DNA of 64,000 nucleotides, taken from the NCBI GenBank assembly GCA_951406725.2, contig OX597822.1, positions 108,190,001-108,254,000 of the forward strand. The letters are read 5' to 3'. Both the position numbers and the translations under genes were made by a program. This stretch comes from Octopus vulgaris. Taxonomy: Eukaryota. This document shows positions 12,217 through 25,968 of this stretch, piece after piece. The first letter of the stretch is position 1, and each line of letters starts with the position of its first letter. A model generated the notes under the pieces. It was not told the DNA's origin. It did not search any database and was given only the letters and a program-made list of their open reading frames with translations.

Positions 12217-13245
12217 GAAATAGGAATTCCGTTGGCAGAACAAAAACAGAACAGAGGCGCAGCAAAACAAATCGAACGAGGAGGCTCCTAAGAGCCCATG
12301 GCCAAACTGTTTATCAATGTTGAAATCGGGTGGTGGGCGCGTTGAAGATATTTACAGGTCAGGCAGTGGTCAATCCGGTGGGTGAGGTGCGTAGATGTTC
12401 TTTGTGATCGAGACTAAGGTTCTGACTATTTTAAGAATATTAGGTGTATTATGTGGGGCGAGACAAAATCTACTTAGAAACATGTGTGTGTGAACTGTTC
12501 TATATTTGCGCGGCCGTAAGTTGGTAAAAAGCACTGCACAATGGTCACTGCTGAAAAATCTGTCAGGCGGCAGAAAATAATTTTATGTGTTCGTGTGTTC
12601 GTCTAATCATGCTTTGTCAAAAAAAACCTCACGTCGTCAAAACAAAACACCATTCGCCTAATGGGAGTAATTCCCCTTGCAATGGTTAATCAAATCTATC
12701 TTAAAAAGCTTTTTCAAAAAAATATTTCCAAGGGCTATTTTCATATAAGTAGGGTAACCGGGTGCAGGTATCATTTGTAAGCTTCATTTATAAGCAAGAT
12801 AAGTAAAACGCCGCCAATGGGGACATCGAAAAGCATGATTAGACGAACACACGAACACATAAAATTATTTTCTGCCGAACACAAAATTATTTTCTGCCGC
12901 CTGACAGATTTTTCAGCAGTGACCATTGTGCAGTGCTTTTTACCAACTTACGGCCGCGCAAATATAGAACAGTTCACACACACATGTTTCTAAGTAGATT
13001 TCGCCCCACATAATACACCTAATATTCTTAAAATAGTCAGAACCTTAGTCTCGATCACAAAGAACATCTACGCACCTCACCCACCGGATTGACCACTGCC
13101 TGACCTGTAAATATCTTCAATGCGTCCACCACCCGATTTCAACATTGATAAACAGTTTGGCCATGGGCTCTTAGGAGCCTCCTCGTTCGATTTGTTTTGC
13201 TGCGCCTCTGTTCTGTTTTTGTTCAGCCAACGGAATTCCTATTTC

Positions 13246-13325
13246 TTCCTGAAGAGAAAGACACAATATGGTCTCCTTATTCAATCGGAATTTGGTAAAT
13301 TGTGGCTTTCGAAACACGTGTAGAA
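13246..13325 (+). ncRNA. Minimal hammerhead ribozyme (right arm)
   Basis: Stem I TTC/GAA; CTGAAGA; stem II GAAAG.CACAAT/ATTGTG.CTTTC; GAAA; C-ACGT-G palindromic loop III; GUA site. Confidence 0.75.
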
Positions 13326-13540
13326 TGCAATAAAAGGATTTCTGTTCAATCTTCGTTCAACTCCATTTCTTCAATTCACTAATAATATTAAAATTCAATT
13401 ATCCGCACCAACACACGGTTGCAACACCATATGGTTGTACCTCCAACCGTGCTTTCTTCTGCTGTGATTTTTGCTACCAAGGTATCGGTTAAACTTTTGA
13501 TTAATCTGCAACAAGATTATTCATCTTTCTATTTCACCAA

Positions 13541-13571
<31 letters not shown>

Positions 13572-13799
13572 CATAAACAAAGTCAAACACATACATAATG
13601 TAGTTAGTGGGGCGGCTGCGCTTTTTAGGCGGAAGGGAATATATTCCCAGTCACGTTGCTGGTGTTCTACACCAGCGACATTGACAATATATTCACTTAC
13701 GTCTAAAGAGTACAGCTCCTCGACGAACTAACAACACAAACCTTGTGTACGTGTGTCTGATTTTGTTTACGTACCTTGAGCTGGTCCCAATTCCTATTA

Positions 13800-13863
<64 letters not shown>

Positions 13864-13926
13864 TTATATGTATATATATACATATATATATATATATATG
13901 TATGTATGTATGTATGTAGGTATATG

Positions 13927-14737
13927 TAAAAAAACTGGGACAAGAACGCAAACGTTTAGAAGACGATACAAAAAACACGGACGGGACATTCGAAGCCTTC
14001 AATCTTCAGTCAAGAACCGGATCATCCTCGCAATTTTGGCTGATTAATTTTGAGATCGCGCCGATCCGGCCAGCCCCAAGGAAAAACTAAGCTACGAGTA
14101 TTAGATTTCTTGGAAAAAGGATCGAATGCATACGAAACAGGGACAGAAAAACGGACGATGTCACACGAATATAAATACAACAAGCAATATAGTAATAACA
14201 GGACAAAAACAGCGGGTGTCTTACGACTATAGACAGTACAACTTAGTTTAGCTGGCGTATTTGGAAAAAAAATGCCTTTTTCGGCAGACGAAGAAAACGA
14301 TGTTCTCATGGCGGTGGTTGGAAGCCGAAAGGCCGGTTGATCAGCGGTCACGTGAGAGGAGAAGAGGGAGAAAAAAGGGGGCAAAGGAATCAAAGAGAGA
14401 GAGTACCAAAGGGAAAGGGTACCAAAGAGGGGAGAAGAGAGAGAAAGAAGGAATTCAAGATAGGAGAAGAAAGAGAGTGTGCCAAGGATTGGCTTGGCGA
14501 CAGAATCAGTGAGGTGCAAAGTGAGAAAGACAGAGAAACCTGAGAGAGTGGGGGAAGAATCAGAGGCAAGAAAAGAGAAAAGGAGGAGGGGAGAGAGAGA
14601 GAGAGAGATCAATGTGGAGTGCAAAGTGTGAAAGGCAGAGAAATGTAGGCGAGGAGGGAGAGAGAGACAGTGTTATAGAGTCGTACCAAATTTAAAGAAA
14701 TATGTACTTACATATCAGACCAAAAGGGTACAGCGCC
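13927..14737 (-). mobile_element. Interspersed repeat family X, copy 1 (possibly PLE 3'/pLTR-derived)
   Basis: Homologous to 40420-40950 and 57353-58063. Minus strand starts ALYPFGL, resembling the L.P.GLN end of PLE endonucleases; TA-rich flanks. Confidence 0.6.
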
Positions 14738-14775
14738 GATATATATATATGTATGTATATATATATATATGTGTG

Positions 14776-14818
<43 letters not shown>

Positions 14819-14870
14819 AATATATAAATATATATATAAATATATATATATAAATACATATATATATATA

Positions 14871-14946
<76 letters not shown>

Positions 14947-15029
14947 CATACATACATATATATATGTATACATATATATATATATTTATAACATAATGTG
15001 TGTGTTTGTGTGTGTGTATGTGCATGTAT

Positions 15030-15235
15030 GAATATATATATATGTGTGTATTTTTGTCACTTTTGTCCCCCACAAACCGGTGCTGGTTTGCTTACTTCCC
15101 TTATATTAGTGGATCGGCTAATGTGGACAACAACAAACATCAAGCTTAATAGTGAACAGTAAAAGAAAACCACGGATCAATTTCCTTCATTAAATCTTTG
15201 AATTAGGTGTACAATGACTAACAACAAGTACAATC
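15030..15235 (+). mobile_element. Decayed 3' half of SINE family A
   Basis: Similar to 11830-12030 (TTTGTCCCCCAC..CCGGTGCTGGT..ATGACT..ACAAGTA). Confidence 0.5.
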
Positions 15236-15579
15236 TGAATTATATTTCATTCGCGTTGACCTCTACAGCTTATATCATTTTGCAAACCATTTACTTCTAC
15301 GTCTACAAAAATATTTCTGGTTTGCTTCATTGAATATATTATATACATTATATATTATTCAGCTTTTATATATATGGTGGTGTTATGTATGGTGGAGACA
15401 AAAAACCATCACAAAAAAAAAATTAATTAAATGTAATGAAAGTTTTTATTGATTTTCCAAAGAACGAAGATACGAATTTTTATTGATTTAAGTAAAAAAC
15501 CCAGTAGCAATTGTTAGGAACTCACAACGAAAACAGAAAATAATTTCAATAAATAAATAACTAAATTCACAGAAAATTG

Positions 15580-15998
15580 AATTTTCATTTTAAACTGGGG
15601 AAATCCTTTTGCAGGCAAGGTAACAGAAAGGGATATATTAGAATGTTAGTATACCTAAACATTATCTAGCGACCCTACAGTCGATGAGATTGCTGAAAAT
15701 TAGATAGATGTGATTAGATTTCCATCATTACAAAATGTGAACAAATCAAGGAAAATATAAGTTGGAATGTGGGGAATTTAATAATTCTGGAAATTGGTAG
15801 TGCACTGAGTGACTTCTTTCAGAAATTGTAAATGAATTTTAATCTGCTTTTCGGGCAAAATTTGTTAAAGACCTTCACAGAAAAAGGGAGGTTGATTTTA
15901 TAAATAAGATAATTAGTCTCATAGAACCTGAATTTTTATGCTTAAGGGAGAAAATTTCATCTTTGTTACATGCTTGTGTATATGTGAGTTATATTCCT

Positions 15999-16072
<74 letters not shown>

Positions 16073-17480
16073 AGAAGCAAACAACCCTATAAACGACAGT
16101 GGAATCCTTAATTTGCTAATTTAGATATATCCATTGGGATATCCATTAATTGCTATGCTTGTGATGAACGGTTTACCCCAGCAGCTTTTATTGTAATTTC
16201 CCTTTACTCTTGAACAAAGATTGCAATGATTTACGGAAGTTAAAGTACGAACGATATAGTACAAATGCTTGCTTGCGAATAACATCAATTCAAGTAAGTT
16301 ATATTAAATAAAATATTGCGCACAATAATACATTGGACTACTGAATAGGATGTTCGAACTTAGTGTTCATGCTTTGCAAGTTAAATACTTTCGAGATTCT
16401 GGCGTTCCATCCTGACAGATGTAGATAGAGATGGTTGTTTAAAATATTATGAATGTGATATTTCATTAGAAATTTCCATGGATTGAAGAAATTAGTTTGT
16501 TTTTTTTCATTTAAGCAATAATTAAGTTTTAGTCACGTTCTTTACAATATAACAACTTATAATTTTGATTTCACAATTGAATTCACAAACCAAATTATGT
16601 AGGGCTAATCAACTAAAGACAAAAGTTCAAAGTTTATATAATTAAACTTTGCAACATATGGCGGAAAATTATTTTCATCAAAAGAACGTGTTTATCTCAA
16701 TAATATTTCCGTTTTAATTTAAATTGAATCATTTTATTTATTTATAAAAAGTTGCAAAGCACCTCCTTTAAGGAACCGCCGTTATGCACATACGTACATA
16801 CTTATTAAAGCACACACACACTAACATATATACAAATGCATATGGACGTGTGTACGCACGCGCACGTAAACAATCCTTAAGGCATATTCTAATGAAAATA
16901 TGAAACACTCGTCTTTGTAGAAATCAATGCAAATTAGAAAATAACGACGTATTTCCTATTTGTTACTTCTCCAAAATTATGGCTGTTTATTCTTAGTTGA
17001 GCCGAAAACAGTATTTAACAGGGGAGATTGTACCTAGGACGTCAGTGAATGGTAATTTGCGGCACATTGTTGTCTGTAATAGTTCCGCCTAATCACTGTA
17101 AATTTCATGTGCAAACTTCCACCCAAGCACATTAATCAAACCTACAATCATGCCATTTCAAATACTGTCGTGGCGAATACAATCATCAAGGTATTAACTA
17201 TACCCAGCACCGAGGTGTTGAATAATCTATGCGAGCAGTTTTACTACACTCAACGACAGTTTATTGATTCTGCTTATCTGACTGGATCAGAATCGAATAA
17301 ACAATTTGGGATGACCAACTCTCAATTCCGCATCCCCCAATACAACACCACGAACAAATGAAATGTACCTAATCTGATCAGAGTTTAACTGTCTAATCGA
17401 CAACGCTTAATCTATGATTTTGCAGACTAAATTTTAGCAATAAGATAAAGCCTTTCGGTGTTTCATCTTGAACATGGCAT
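15580..17480 (+). mobile_element. Very decayed PLE RT/endonuclease fragments interrupted by microsatellites
   Basis: Weak relics of DKGN and DPT (~15610-15680), Y.K...SG.LNF and NG.P (~16090-16190), and a possible endonuclease relic at 17150-17460. Confidence 0.25.
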
Positions 17481-18199
17481 TCCTGAAATATATCGTGTAA
17501 TACCTAAGATTAAGATGTCTATCAGTATTTCTAAGTTTGTTAATTCTACACACTTCATAGCGTTTGTATTCGTACTGAATGGACGTAAGTGTAGTGGTTT
17601 ATTGCCTTATTATTTACGATGATAAGACGTAACTTGTCGATTGCACAACTGAATCTTGTGCAGCTAAACATTTTCAAGCCGATTTATTGTTGCGCTGCTA
17701 CCGTCAATTTAAGCCATTTTGTTAACTTTCTGATTCAGCAATGTCAATGCAGAGACTTTGCGCCATTGACAAAATATAAATTATGTACTAGCTTGAAAAA
17801 GAATCGTAATATGTGTCAGGATATGTCAAGTAACTGTACGTCACGTATAGGGACCTCTAGCAAATTTCGGTTAGATAAATGCTATCTTAGTTTTAAACTG
17901 TGTAAATGCATGGCATATCAATATTTTAAAACTTCGTATCTTTTGATATAAAGATATACAGGCGCGTAAGTTGTATATAACGGAGTTTGGTATCTAAACT
18001 TTTTTTTCTCTGTTTCCAACGCAACGTTTATAAAGTGGTTTTAATCAGAATATTGGTGGTATCTACACCAAGAGAGAATGTACATTCCTAGAGATATATA
18101 TTTATAAAGTACCGATGGTACTTTATAAATATATACATCCCTAAACTTCCCTAAACATTGTATACATTATATACATCCCTAAACATTGCACCCGTCATA

Positions 18200-19355
18200 T
18201 GCTACTATTCAGCATATAGGTGATAAAAACACAGCATCAACTTCCTCCTCCACCACTTTGATGACATCTTAAATGCACTAAGTGAGGACTGCAAAGCGGA
18301 TGTCATATACTTTCATTTCAGCAAGGCCTTTGACAGAGTCGACTACAATATACTGCTAATGAGACTATTGAACGCTGGGTCGGTGGAAAGCTACTTCAAT
18401 GGATTAGTTATTTCCAGACAAACAGGACTCAGCATGTTGTGGTTGATAGCATCCACTCAAGACCAACAAAAGTCATCAGCAGAATCTCGCAGGGTACTCT
18501 GCAGGGTAAACTTTTTTAAAATTCCTATATCAATGACATTGCAGATTCCATTGAACATAGCACCATTTAGATATTTGCAGATGACTCTAAGCTCCAGAAA
18601 GTCATTGAAGGAGCCTATGATCGAACGGTGCTTCAACGGACCTGTGCGCAGTAACTTATCGGGCACAAAAAAAATAATATGCAGTTGAACGAAGAAAAAT
18701 GTGAGCTCATCCACAAAGAGAGAACATTGAAACAACCATATACACTACCGTCGGGAGACCTACTTGAACCGTCGGGTAATATCAGAGACTTATGTGTAAC
18801 TGTCGACACTGCTTAGCTGGAGTGTGCACATCAACAAAATAGTCGATATTGCCTGCAGACTGTGCTCAGGACTCCTCAGAACTTTTCAATCTAGGGATCA
18901 TGAAACCATCATCTTTCTCTTGTCCACATTTTGTGCCCCCCCCCCTACAAAAAGCAAGACATAATGAGGATTGAGGCGCCACAAAGATCAATTCACCCAA
19001 GATTAGATCCCCGTGCAATGCATCCCCTACAAAGGTCGAGATCATATCACATAAGAACATTGCAACACAATTTCTTCACTGCAAATGGTCCTGCTCTTTT
19101 CAATGTTATCCCGAAAGAAATTAAGGTAGGAAAAAACCACAAGTTTCAAACGTTACATGGAAAAAATTCCTCCAGAGAATACCGGATAAACCATCTAAAC
19201 CTGGATATGTCTCAACAAGCAACAACTCTCTGCTTGAGTGGTCCATGATGTCCCGAAATAATTAACTAAAAGACTTTTCCAGTTGGTGATATCGAGTTGG
19301 TCACGGACTGAGCCAATAATGGTCGAGACCAATCCAAGTTATCTAAGTTATCTAT
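18200..19355 (+). mobile_element. CR1/Jockey-group LINE family B, decayed 3' fragment
   Basis: ADVIYFHFSKAFDRVDY, FADDSKL and GPALFNVIP; 3' end similar to 30160-30220. Confidence 0.85.
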
Positions 19356-19424
19356 CCAACCAATAAGTACAATAAGTAATAAAAGTGTAAAACTAAACAA
19401 TATTGTTTATTAATATTGATTTCA

Positions 19425-19635
19425 GAAAGGAACGGGCTGGCAGTTTCGTTACTGCGCCATTCAAATTGCTGGCCGGCATAGCGCCTGTTTATTTTCTGAG
19501 TATAAAAATCTCGGGTATCGATTATACCTTTCATTTCGTGGTGAATAAATTAAGTACCAGTCGAGCTCTGGGTTCGATATAATCGATTTAACATCTCTCC
19601 CGAAATTGCAGGCCTCGTGCAAAAACTTAGAACCT
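19425..19635 (+). mobile_element. SINE family C, decayed
   Basis: Homologous to 55286-55521 (GGGCTGGCAG..CCTTTCAT..AAATTAAGTACCAG). Confidence 0.7.
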
Positions 19636-19639
19636 ATAT

Positions 19640-19846
19640 TGATTTCAAATTTTGGCACAAGGACAGTAATTTCAGAGTTGGGGCGAATGAATTATATCGA
19701 CCGACTGGTACTTAGTTTATCGATCCCAAAAGGATGAAAGGCAAAGTCGACAACGGAATAATTTGAACTCAATGAGAAAAAACGGACGAAATACCGTTAA
19801 ATATTTTGCCCAGCAAGCTAATGATTCTGTCAGTTGGCAGCCTTAA
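19640..19846 (-). mobile_element. SINE family C, inverted tail-to-tail with the previous copy
   Basis: Reverse complement contains GAGTTCAAAT..GTCGACTTTGCCTTTCATCC..GATCGATAAA.TAAGTACCAG. Confidence 0.8.
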
Positions 19847-20629
19847 TTTTATTTCTTTATAGTGTCTAGTATGCTGAAGAGTAAGCAGGCAGAGCGTGGT
19901 GGCAATTGCAGATTACATCGATTAAAAATATTTTCTCTTCTTTTAAAGAATTATCCGAGTAATTTCTCTATTTACATCTGTTATTGTCTATATATTTTGT
20001 CAGCTGACGAAAATGTTGAGAAGCGGGTGTAAGTACGTTGTCCCTTGTGGAAAACCGTAGAAAAAAGTTGTTCTCATGTGTTGAGGATTGCAAAGATGTC
20101 TTATCAACACTTTCGTTACATTTATAATTTATGTAAGGTCTTCTTCCTAATATACATGCATAAATATACGAGTATCTGCGTACGCCCGGTGCGCATGCTT
20201 GTGTGCACGCATTTGTGTTCGAGTGTGTTTGCGCAAGGAAATGAAACAATATATATGTATGTGATTTTTTTTTACATATAACCACATATACACATTATTT
20301 GAATGTATAGCAAAACTACGCACTCATATGCGATATTACCATAGAACGTCAGTTGCAGGAATAGATGGGGACACAGACAACATTTTATATACTAATACTG
20401 TGATTTAAAAAAAAATTCAGGTTAATGTCGTCTTAAAAACTTACAATATATAGCCATTATACACAACTACAGTTTATTTAAAGGCTATAAAATAAATACA
20501 AGTTAATTAAATGTCAACAATAATCAGCAGTGCATGACATTGTATCTTGGGTTATTTACCTAGAGAGCTTCCATTTCATACAATCATATACACAGATTAA
20601 TACGTGTATGACTCCGTAAAACAAGGGAG

Positions 20630-20689
<60 letters not shown>

Positions 20690-20789
20690 AGGGTGTGTGT
20701 CTATATGTATGTGTATATTGATATATATATATGTATGTATATGTTTTATATATACGTGTATATATATATATATATATATGTCTATATAT

Positions 20790-21025
20790 ATAAAACTTCT
20801 TTTATTCTTCTACTCTTTTACTCGTTTCAGTTGTTTAACTGCGGCCATGCTGGGGCACTGCCTTTTGTCAAACAAACTAGCACCAGGACTTATTCTTTGT
20901 AAGCGTGGTACTTACACTTTCGGTATCTTATGCCGAAGCGCAATGTTAGGGGACGTAAGCACTCAGACATTGGTTGTCAAGCGATGGTGTAGTTAAGTTA
21001 CAAACACAGACACAAATACATGAAA

Positions 21026-21072
<47 letters not shown>

Positions 21073-21225
21073 CGACAGGCATCTTTAAGTTTCCTTCTAC
21101 CAGATCCACCCAGAAGGTTTTGGTCAGCTCGAGGTTATAGAAGACGCTTGCCGAAGGTGCCACGCAGTGGGATTGAACCCGGAAACATGTAATTGAGAAG
21201 CAAGCTCCTTATCACACCGCCACTC
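20790..21225 (-). mobile_element. SINE family A
   Basis: Reverse complement of the 11629-12047 head and tail. Confidence 0.88.
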
Positions 21226-21269
21226 TCATTATATATGCTAAACAATATTTATGTTAAATAAAATGAGAC

Positions 21270-21328
<59 letters not shown>

Positions 21329-21361
21329 TGATATATATATATATATATATATTTATATATT

Positions 21362-21436
<75 letters not shown>

Positions 21437-21549
21437 CGTGTGTATGTGTGTGTCAAAGCCACTAGCCCCTATTCACAGACACGCGCACACATTCACTCAC
21501 GCTAGTCTCACATGCACAGACATGCGCGAGCACTTCCATTTGCGATAGC

Positions 21550-21790
21550 CAGTACTTTATTTCTTTCTTTGTTTCAACCTTTCAAAATTTATTTCTCATC
21601 ATTCGGCATGCTTGACCGCTAAATCTACAGTTATTTTTTTTTATATTCTCTCAGTTTATTTTCCCTTCTTCCCTTCTGTTGATGAGCGTAGCCTTAAAAC
21701 GTAAAAAACATTTTCATTTTTTCGATCGCTAAACTAATATACCTGCTTATTGTTCATACACCTGTCTCCATCTTTTGCTTTTCTATAAAT
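21550..21790 (+). mobile_element. Hammerhead mini-element family H1, decayed
   Basis: Reverse-complement homolog of 33218-33408; CTGTTGATGAGCGTAGCCTTAAAACGTA. Confidence 0.6.
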
Positions 21791-21818
21791 TTCTACTACA
21801 TATATATATGTATATATT

Positions 21819-21985
<167 letters not shown>

Positions 21986-24199
21986 GTATGTATATATATG
22001 CGATGGTGTATGTAATGTTTTTAGCCTTGTACCGTGTTTTGCCTTTATATATATATATATACATTCTCGTCTTCAGTATTTGTGTATTATGTATGCATGT
22101 ATGTGTGACCGTGTGTCTGAATAATTTACTGATGTATCGTTCGTCGTATTAATTTAAATTCCTCAACTCTGTGGTCTGACTTGAAGTCTTCATTTACAAT
22201 CGTGTTGCTTGTATTAGAAGATTTCAAGAAGGAAAGAAAATAAAATAAAGTTCTACAATATTCTCTTAACTCACAATGGATGAAGAATTATACAGCTCGA
22301 AGCAGCTTTGACGAAATTACGTTGCATGTATTCCAACAGATACCCAAGCTAAGAAGATATTCTAATTATTCCCCATGTACCACTATAATTCTCATTGGTT
22401 GGATTTTAATATTATAATACAGGATTTGGTTGGCAATGGTACCGATTTTGCATTGTAAGAATTTCTTCTCCCAAGAATGTGGTTCCATGTTCAGTCTCAT
22501 TGCATGCTACCTTGGACAACCATCTTCCGTTAAGTGTGTGTGGGTGTGTGTGAGTGTGAGTGATCTCTATCTCTCTCTCTCACTCTCTCTCTCGCTCTCT
22601 TTCTATGTATACATATATGTAGCTAGTTATCACTCCCCTCTGGTTCTCTCTCTCTTTCTATATATATATATATATATATAGTTCTCTCTCCCTTTCTTTT
22701 TTTATCTGTCTTCATCTCTCACTCTCTCTCTCTCTATACATATATATATTTACATATATATACACATATACACACATACTATGGGTAGCATTTTAAAAAT
22801 CTAAGACGATGATGTCTTTGAAGTAATCCGAAAATTTTATCAACGAATCCAAGGGTGCAGTCATATAGACGACGGCGATAGTAAAGTCAATACTAAAACA
22901 GAAACCAATGAAAAGACCGATTCGCAACCACCATCCAATCAGATTTTAGAATCAAATCAATAGATATGGGCAAATAAGTTAAACATCTAGATTTATTTAT
23001 ATATTTGTGTACCAAATCGAAGAGACATTTTTAAGAAGAGAAAAAATAGGTAATTTAAATATGTTCATCGAAATAAGGGCATTACCATTTCCAAAGAAAT
23101 TATACAAAACATTTAAAAGTTGTAATTCTGTGGATCTCTGGGTTTTCATCAAAAATTACTATTCATTGCAAAAAACGCAGGTGAGGATTGGACATGTCGA
23201 TAGAGATCTATTCATGTGTCTAATATACAGGAATAAGATATATTTGACCAGCAAATATTTTCGGCGTTCCATCGTTAGGAAATATTTTGAACTAAAATAT
23301 GTTTCGAAGTAACGGTTATAACTTATTGTTATATTTTGGGACGGTCATTTATTTTTGGCACACTCGCATTATATATTTGTTTTTCACTTCAGCTTTATTT
23401 TAGTTCTTATTTTAGTATCCTTTATCTAAATTTTTTCTTCCTCACATAACCTGTGACCTTCTCAGCAACTCTCCATCCCACGTGTCTCCATCTCTTCTGT
23501 TAAGCCTATTCTGTCTTACTATGGCGTGTATCGTTATCGGCTTATGAGCTTGCATCTGTACTTGAGTGTGTGTATGTGTGTGTGTGCGTGTGTGTGCGTG
23601 TGTCTGTGTTTTGTATGTGCGTTTTGTGTGCATGTGTGTGATTCGTGTGTGTATGATTTGTGTGTGTGTGTGTGTGTGTGCCTGTGATTTGCGCGTATGT
23701 GTGTACCATTATACACACACGCGCGCGCACACATATAGACGCAAACGCATGCACCGATAAAGTTACACACCATATAAAGACAGAATAGATTAAACAGAAC
23801 AAGAGGAAAAAAAAAATATCATGTTTACTCTCATTGCGGGATGGATAGTAGGCGAAGAGTACAGAAGATGTGAGACGAACGATTTCTGACAAAGGACACT
23901 AAAATAAGAACAATAACAAAAAAGTGAAGAACAAATATACAGAGCGTGTGTTTACTTGGTCAGGAAAAAAACTGGCCGTCCCGAAATGTAACACGGTTCC
24001 GCATCAGAAATCTTGCAAAACAAGTGCATAAACGTAATAAAGTTAACCCACCAATAACTCCATACCAACAGTCCTTTGCGATCTTATTTTGTGCTGCATA
24101 TATATCTTGTCTCTACTTACATTCACACCAATAAATGAATCTATTAAAACAATTTTATCATCATGTTTTATGTACCTTATGTGTGTATATGTATAACTT

Positions 24200-24266
24200 A
24201 TGTATGTATATTATGTACGTATGGATGTATCTTATGTATGTATGTATGTATTTATGTATCTGTCTG

Positions 24267-24307
<41 letters not shown>

Positions 24308-24411
24308 TCATCTATCTATATATCTATCTATCTATATATCTATCTATCTATCTATCTATTTATTTATCAATCGATCTATCTACCCATCTATCTATCTATT
24401 TATCAATCAAT

Positions 24412-24495
<84 letters not shown>

Positions 24496-24590
24496 TTCTC
24501 TATCTATCTATCTGTCTGTCTCTCTCTCTCAATCTCTCTCTCTCTATCTATCTATATATCTGTCTGTTTGTCTGCCTGTCTGTCTATCCA
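24200..24590. repeat. (TATG)n-(CTAT)n compound microsatellite
   Basis: Read directly. Confidence 0.95.
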
Positions 24591-24789
24591 ATAACCTTCA
24601 GGTTAGTGTGTCTATGTATGCAGTTATCAAATGTTGGTACTAAATGTCATTTTCCTAATCATTTAACACATATGCTCAAGTAGAATCTGCCATTTAGCAG
24701 TCATGACTTTTCAGGTTGCTTGTCTGTATAAATTCAACATATCAAACTAGAGTGATTTTGTGTATGAACAGGTGTTTCTAAGTGTAGTT

Positions 24790-25290
24790 AATTAAAGTTT
24801 ATTCAGTCATGGTTTGTACTTTTCTATGAATATATTTTGTTTATCCGTACTTGGTCTGAGGTATTGATTGAACAAAAGTAAAGTGGAAAGATTTGATAGT
24901 TGGGAGACTTATTTTGTGCACATATGTCTATGTATCCTCTCACAAGTATTTGCCTAAAACTGGGGTCCCGTAGTTGTTGTCTGTGAATAGTAACTCTATT
25001 TCTAAGAGTGAGTTTTGCTTGACTTATGTAATTCTCTTTAGATCCTTTTTTCATTTGATAGAATATATTAAATTTTTTGACGAACAGGTAAAACGATTTT
25101 TTAAGGCAAAAGTCTGTCCTGATTAAAACTTATATTTATTGCCTTAAATTAGGTTAATGCAAGTCCTGCAGTTAAGACGGCCACAGTTTTTAGCTGTTAG
25201 CATGGTGTTTGTGCAGGGTAATTTAGTAGCGGTGAGCAGTTTCATGAGGGTCTTTGATTGTCGTGTATTTTTAATTAAGTATTCAGCTGC
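24790..25290 (-). mobile_element. PLE (Neptune-type) zinc-finger linker and GIY-YIG relic
   Basis: KNCGRLNCRTCINL; FTCSSKNLIYIL; YISQAKLTLRNRVTIHRQQ; EKYKP.LNKL. Confidence 0.8.
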
Positions 25291-25968
25291 TAGGTTACTT
25301 TGAAACAACTCCTCTCCACTCTACTATTCGGCAGATACAATTTGGAGGACCTTAACTTTGGAGTGCCACGTGCAAGCCTTGATTTATAGCGCAAAAAATA
25401 TAGTCACTTGCTATTAACGCACAGAACCAACAACATTTCTAAGATTAGTACTAGTGGCAAAATCTTCTTGTACAAAATTCAGACAGCCTTGATTGCTAGG
25501 GATTGTCACTAGATATCACTCAACTGAAACAGTTTTAAATAACGGTGCCAAATATACAGCCACATGATATCAAGGAATGGACGTAGCAGATCAGGTAACC
25601 ATCTTTGAGCAAACAAAACGCATGCAAAACAGATTCTAATTTTAGCAATGCTCCCTATATGAGAAGCGAGGCATTTGCAGCATAGCTCCACGATGTATTT
25701 CTATCTCGAATATGAGAGAAATCTGTGAAACCGGCTAAGTCTTTAGAAGTTAAAAGATAATACTTCTGATCGAGACCCAGTGCATTTTCACAGTGTTTGT
25801 TAAATAAAGTCATTTTACACACACACATACATAAACGCACACACGCATACACGCAAATACACATACGCACAAACACACACACACACATATACACATACAC
25901 GTATATGTCCATATACATATACACGTATATGTCCATATGTGCATTTTAACATACCATGAGAGAATACA

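Larger units (their letters stand above)
12072..13540 (+). mobile_element. Fold-back element, probably PLE pLTR-derived, with ~550 bp inverted arms
   Basis: Arms 12072-12615 and 12830-13390 near-identical; unique tail 13391-13540; a hammerhead in each arm; (TA)n on both sides. Confidence 0.85.

Noticed and set aside
23955-24012. Hammerhead relic with GGGA instead of GAAA as a fossil of A-to-I editing
   Set aside because: Two changes in a decayed motif cannot be separated from ordinary mutation.
24760-24815. Hammerhead on the minus strand (CTGAATA...GAAACACCTGTT)
   Set aside because: The core is wrong, there is no stem II, and it overlaps the codons for the endonuclease end (P.LNKL).
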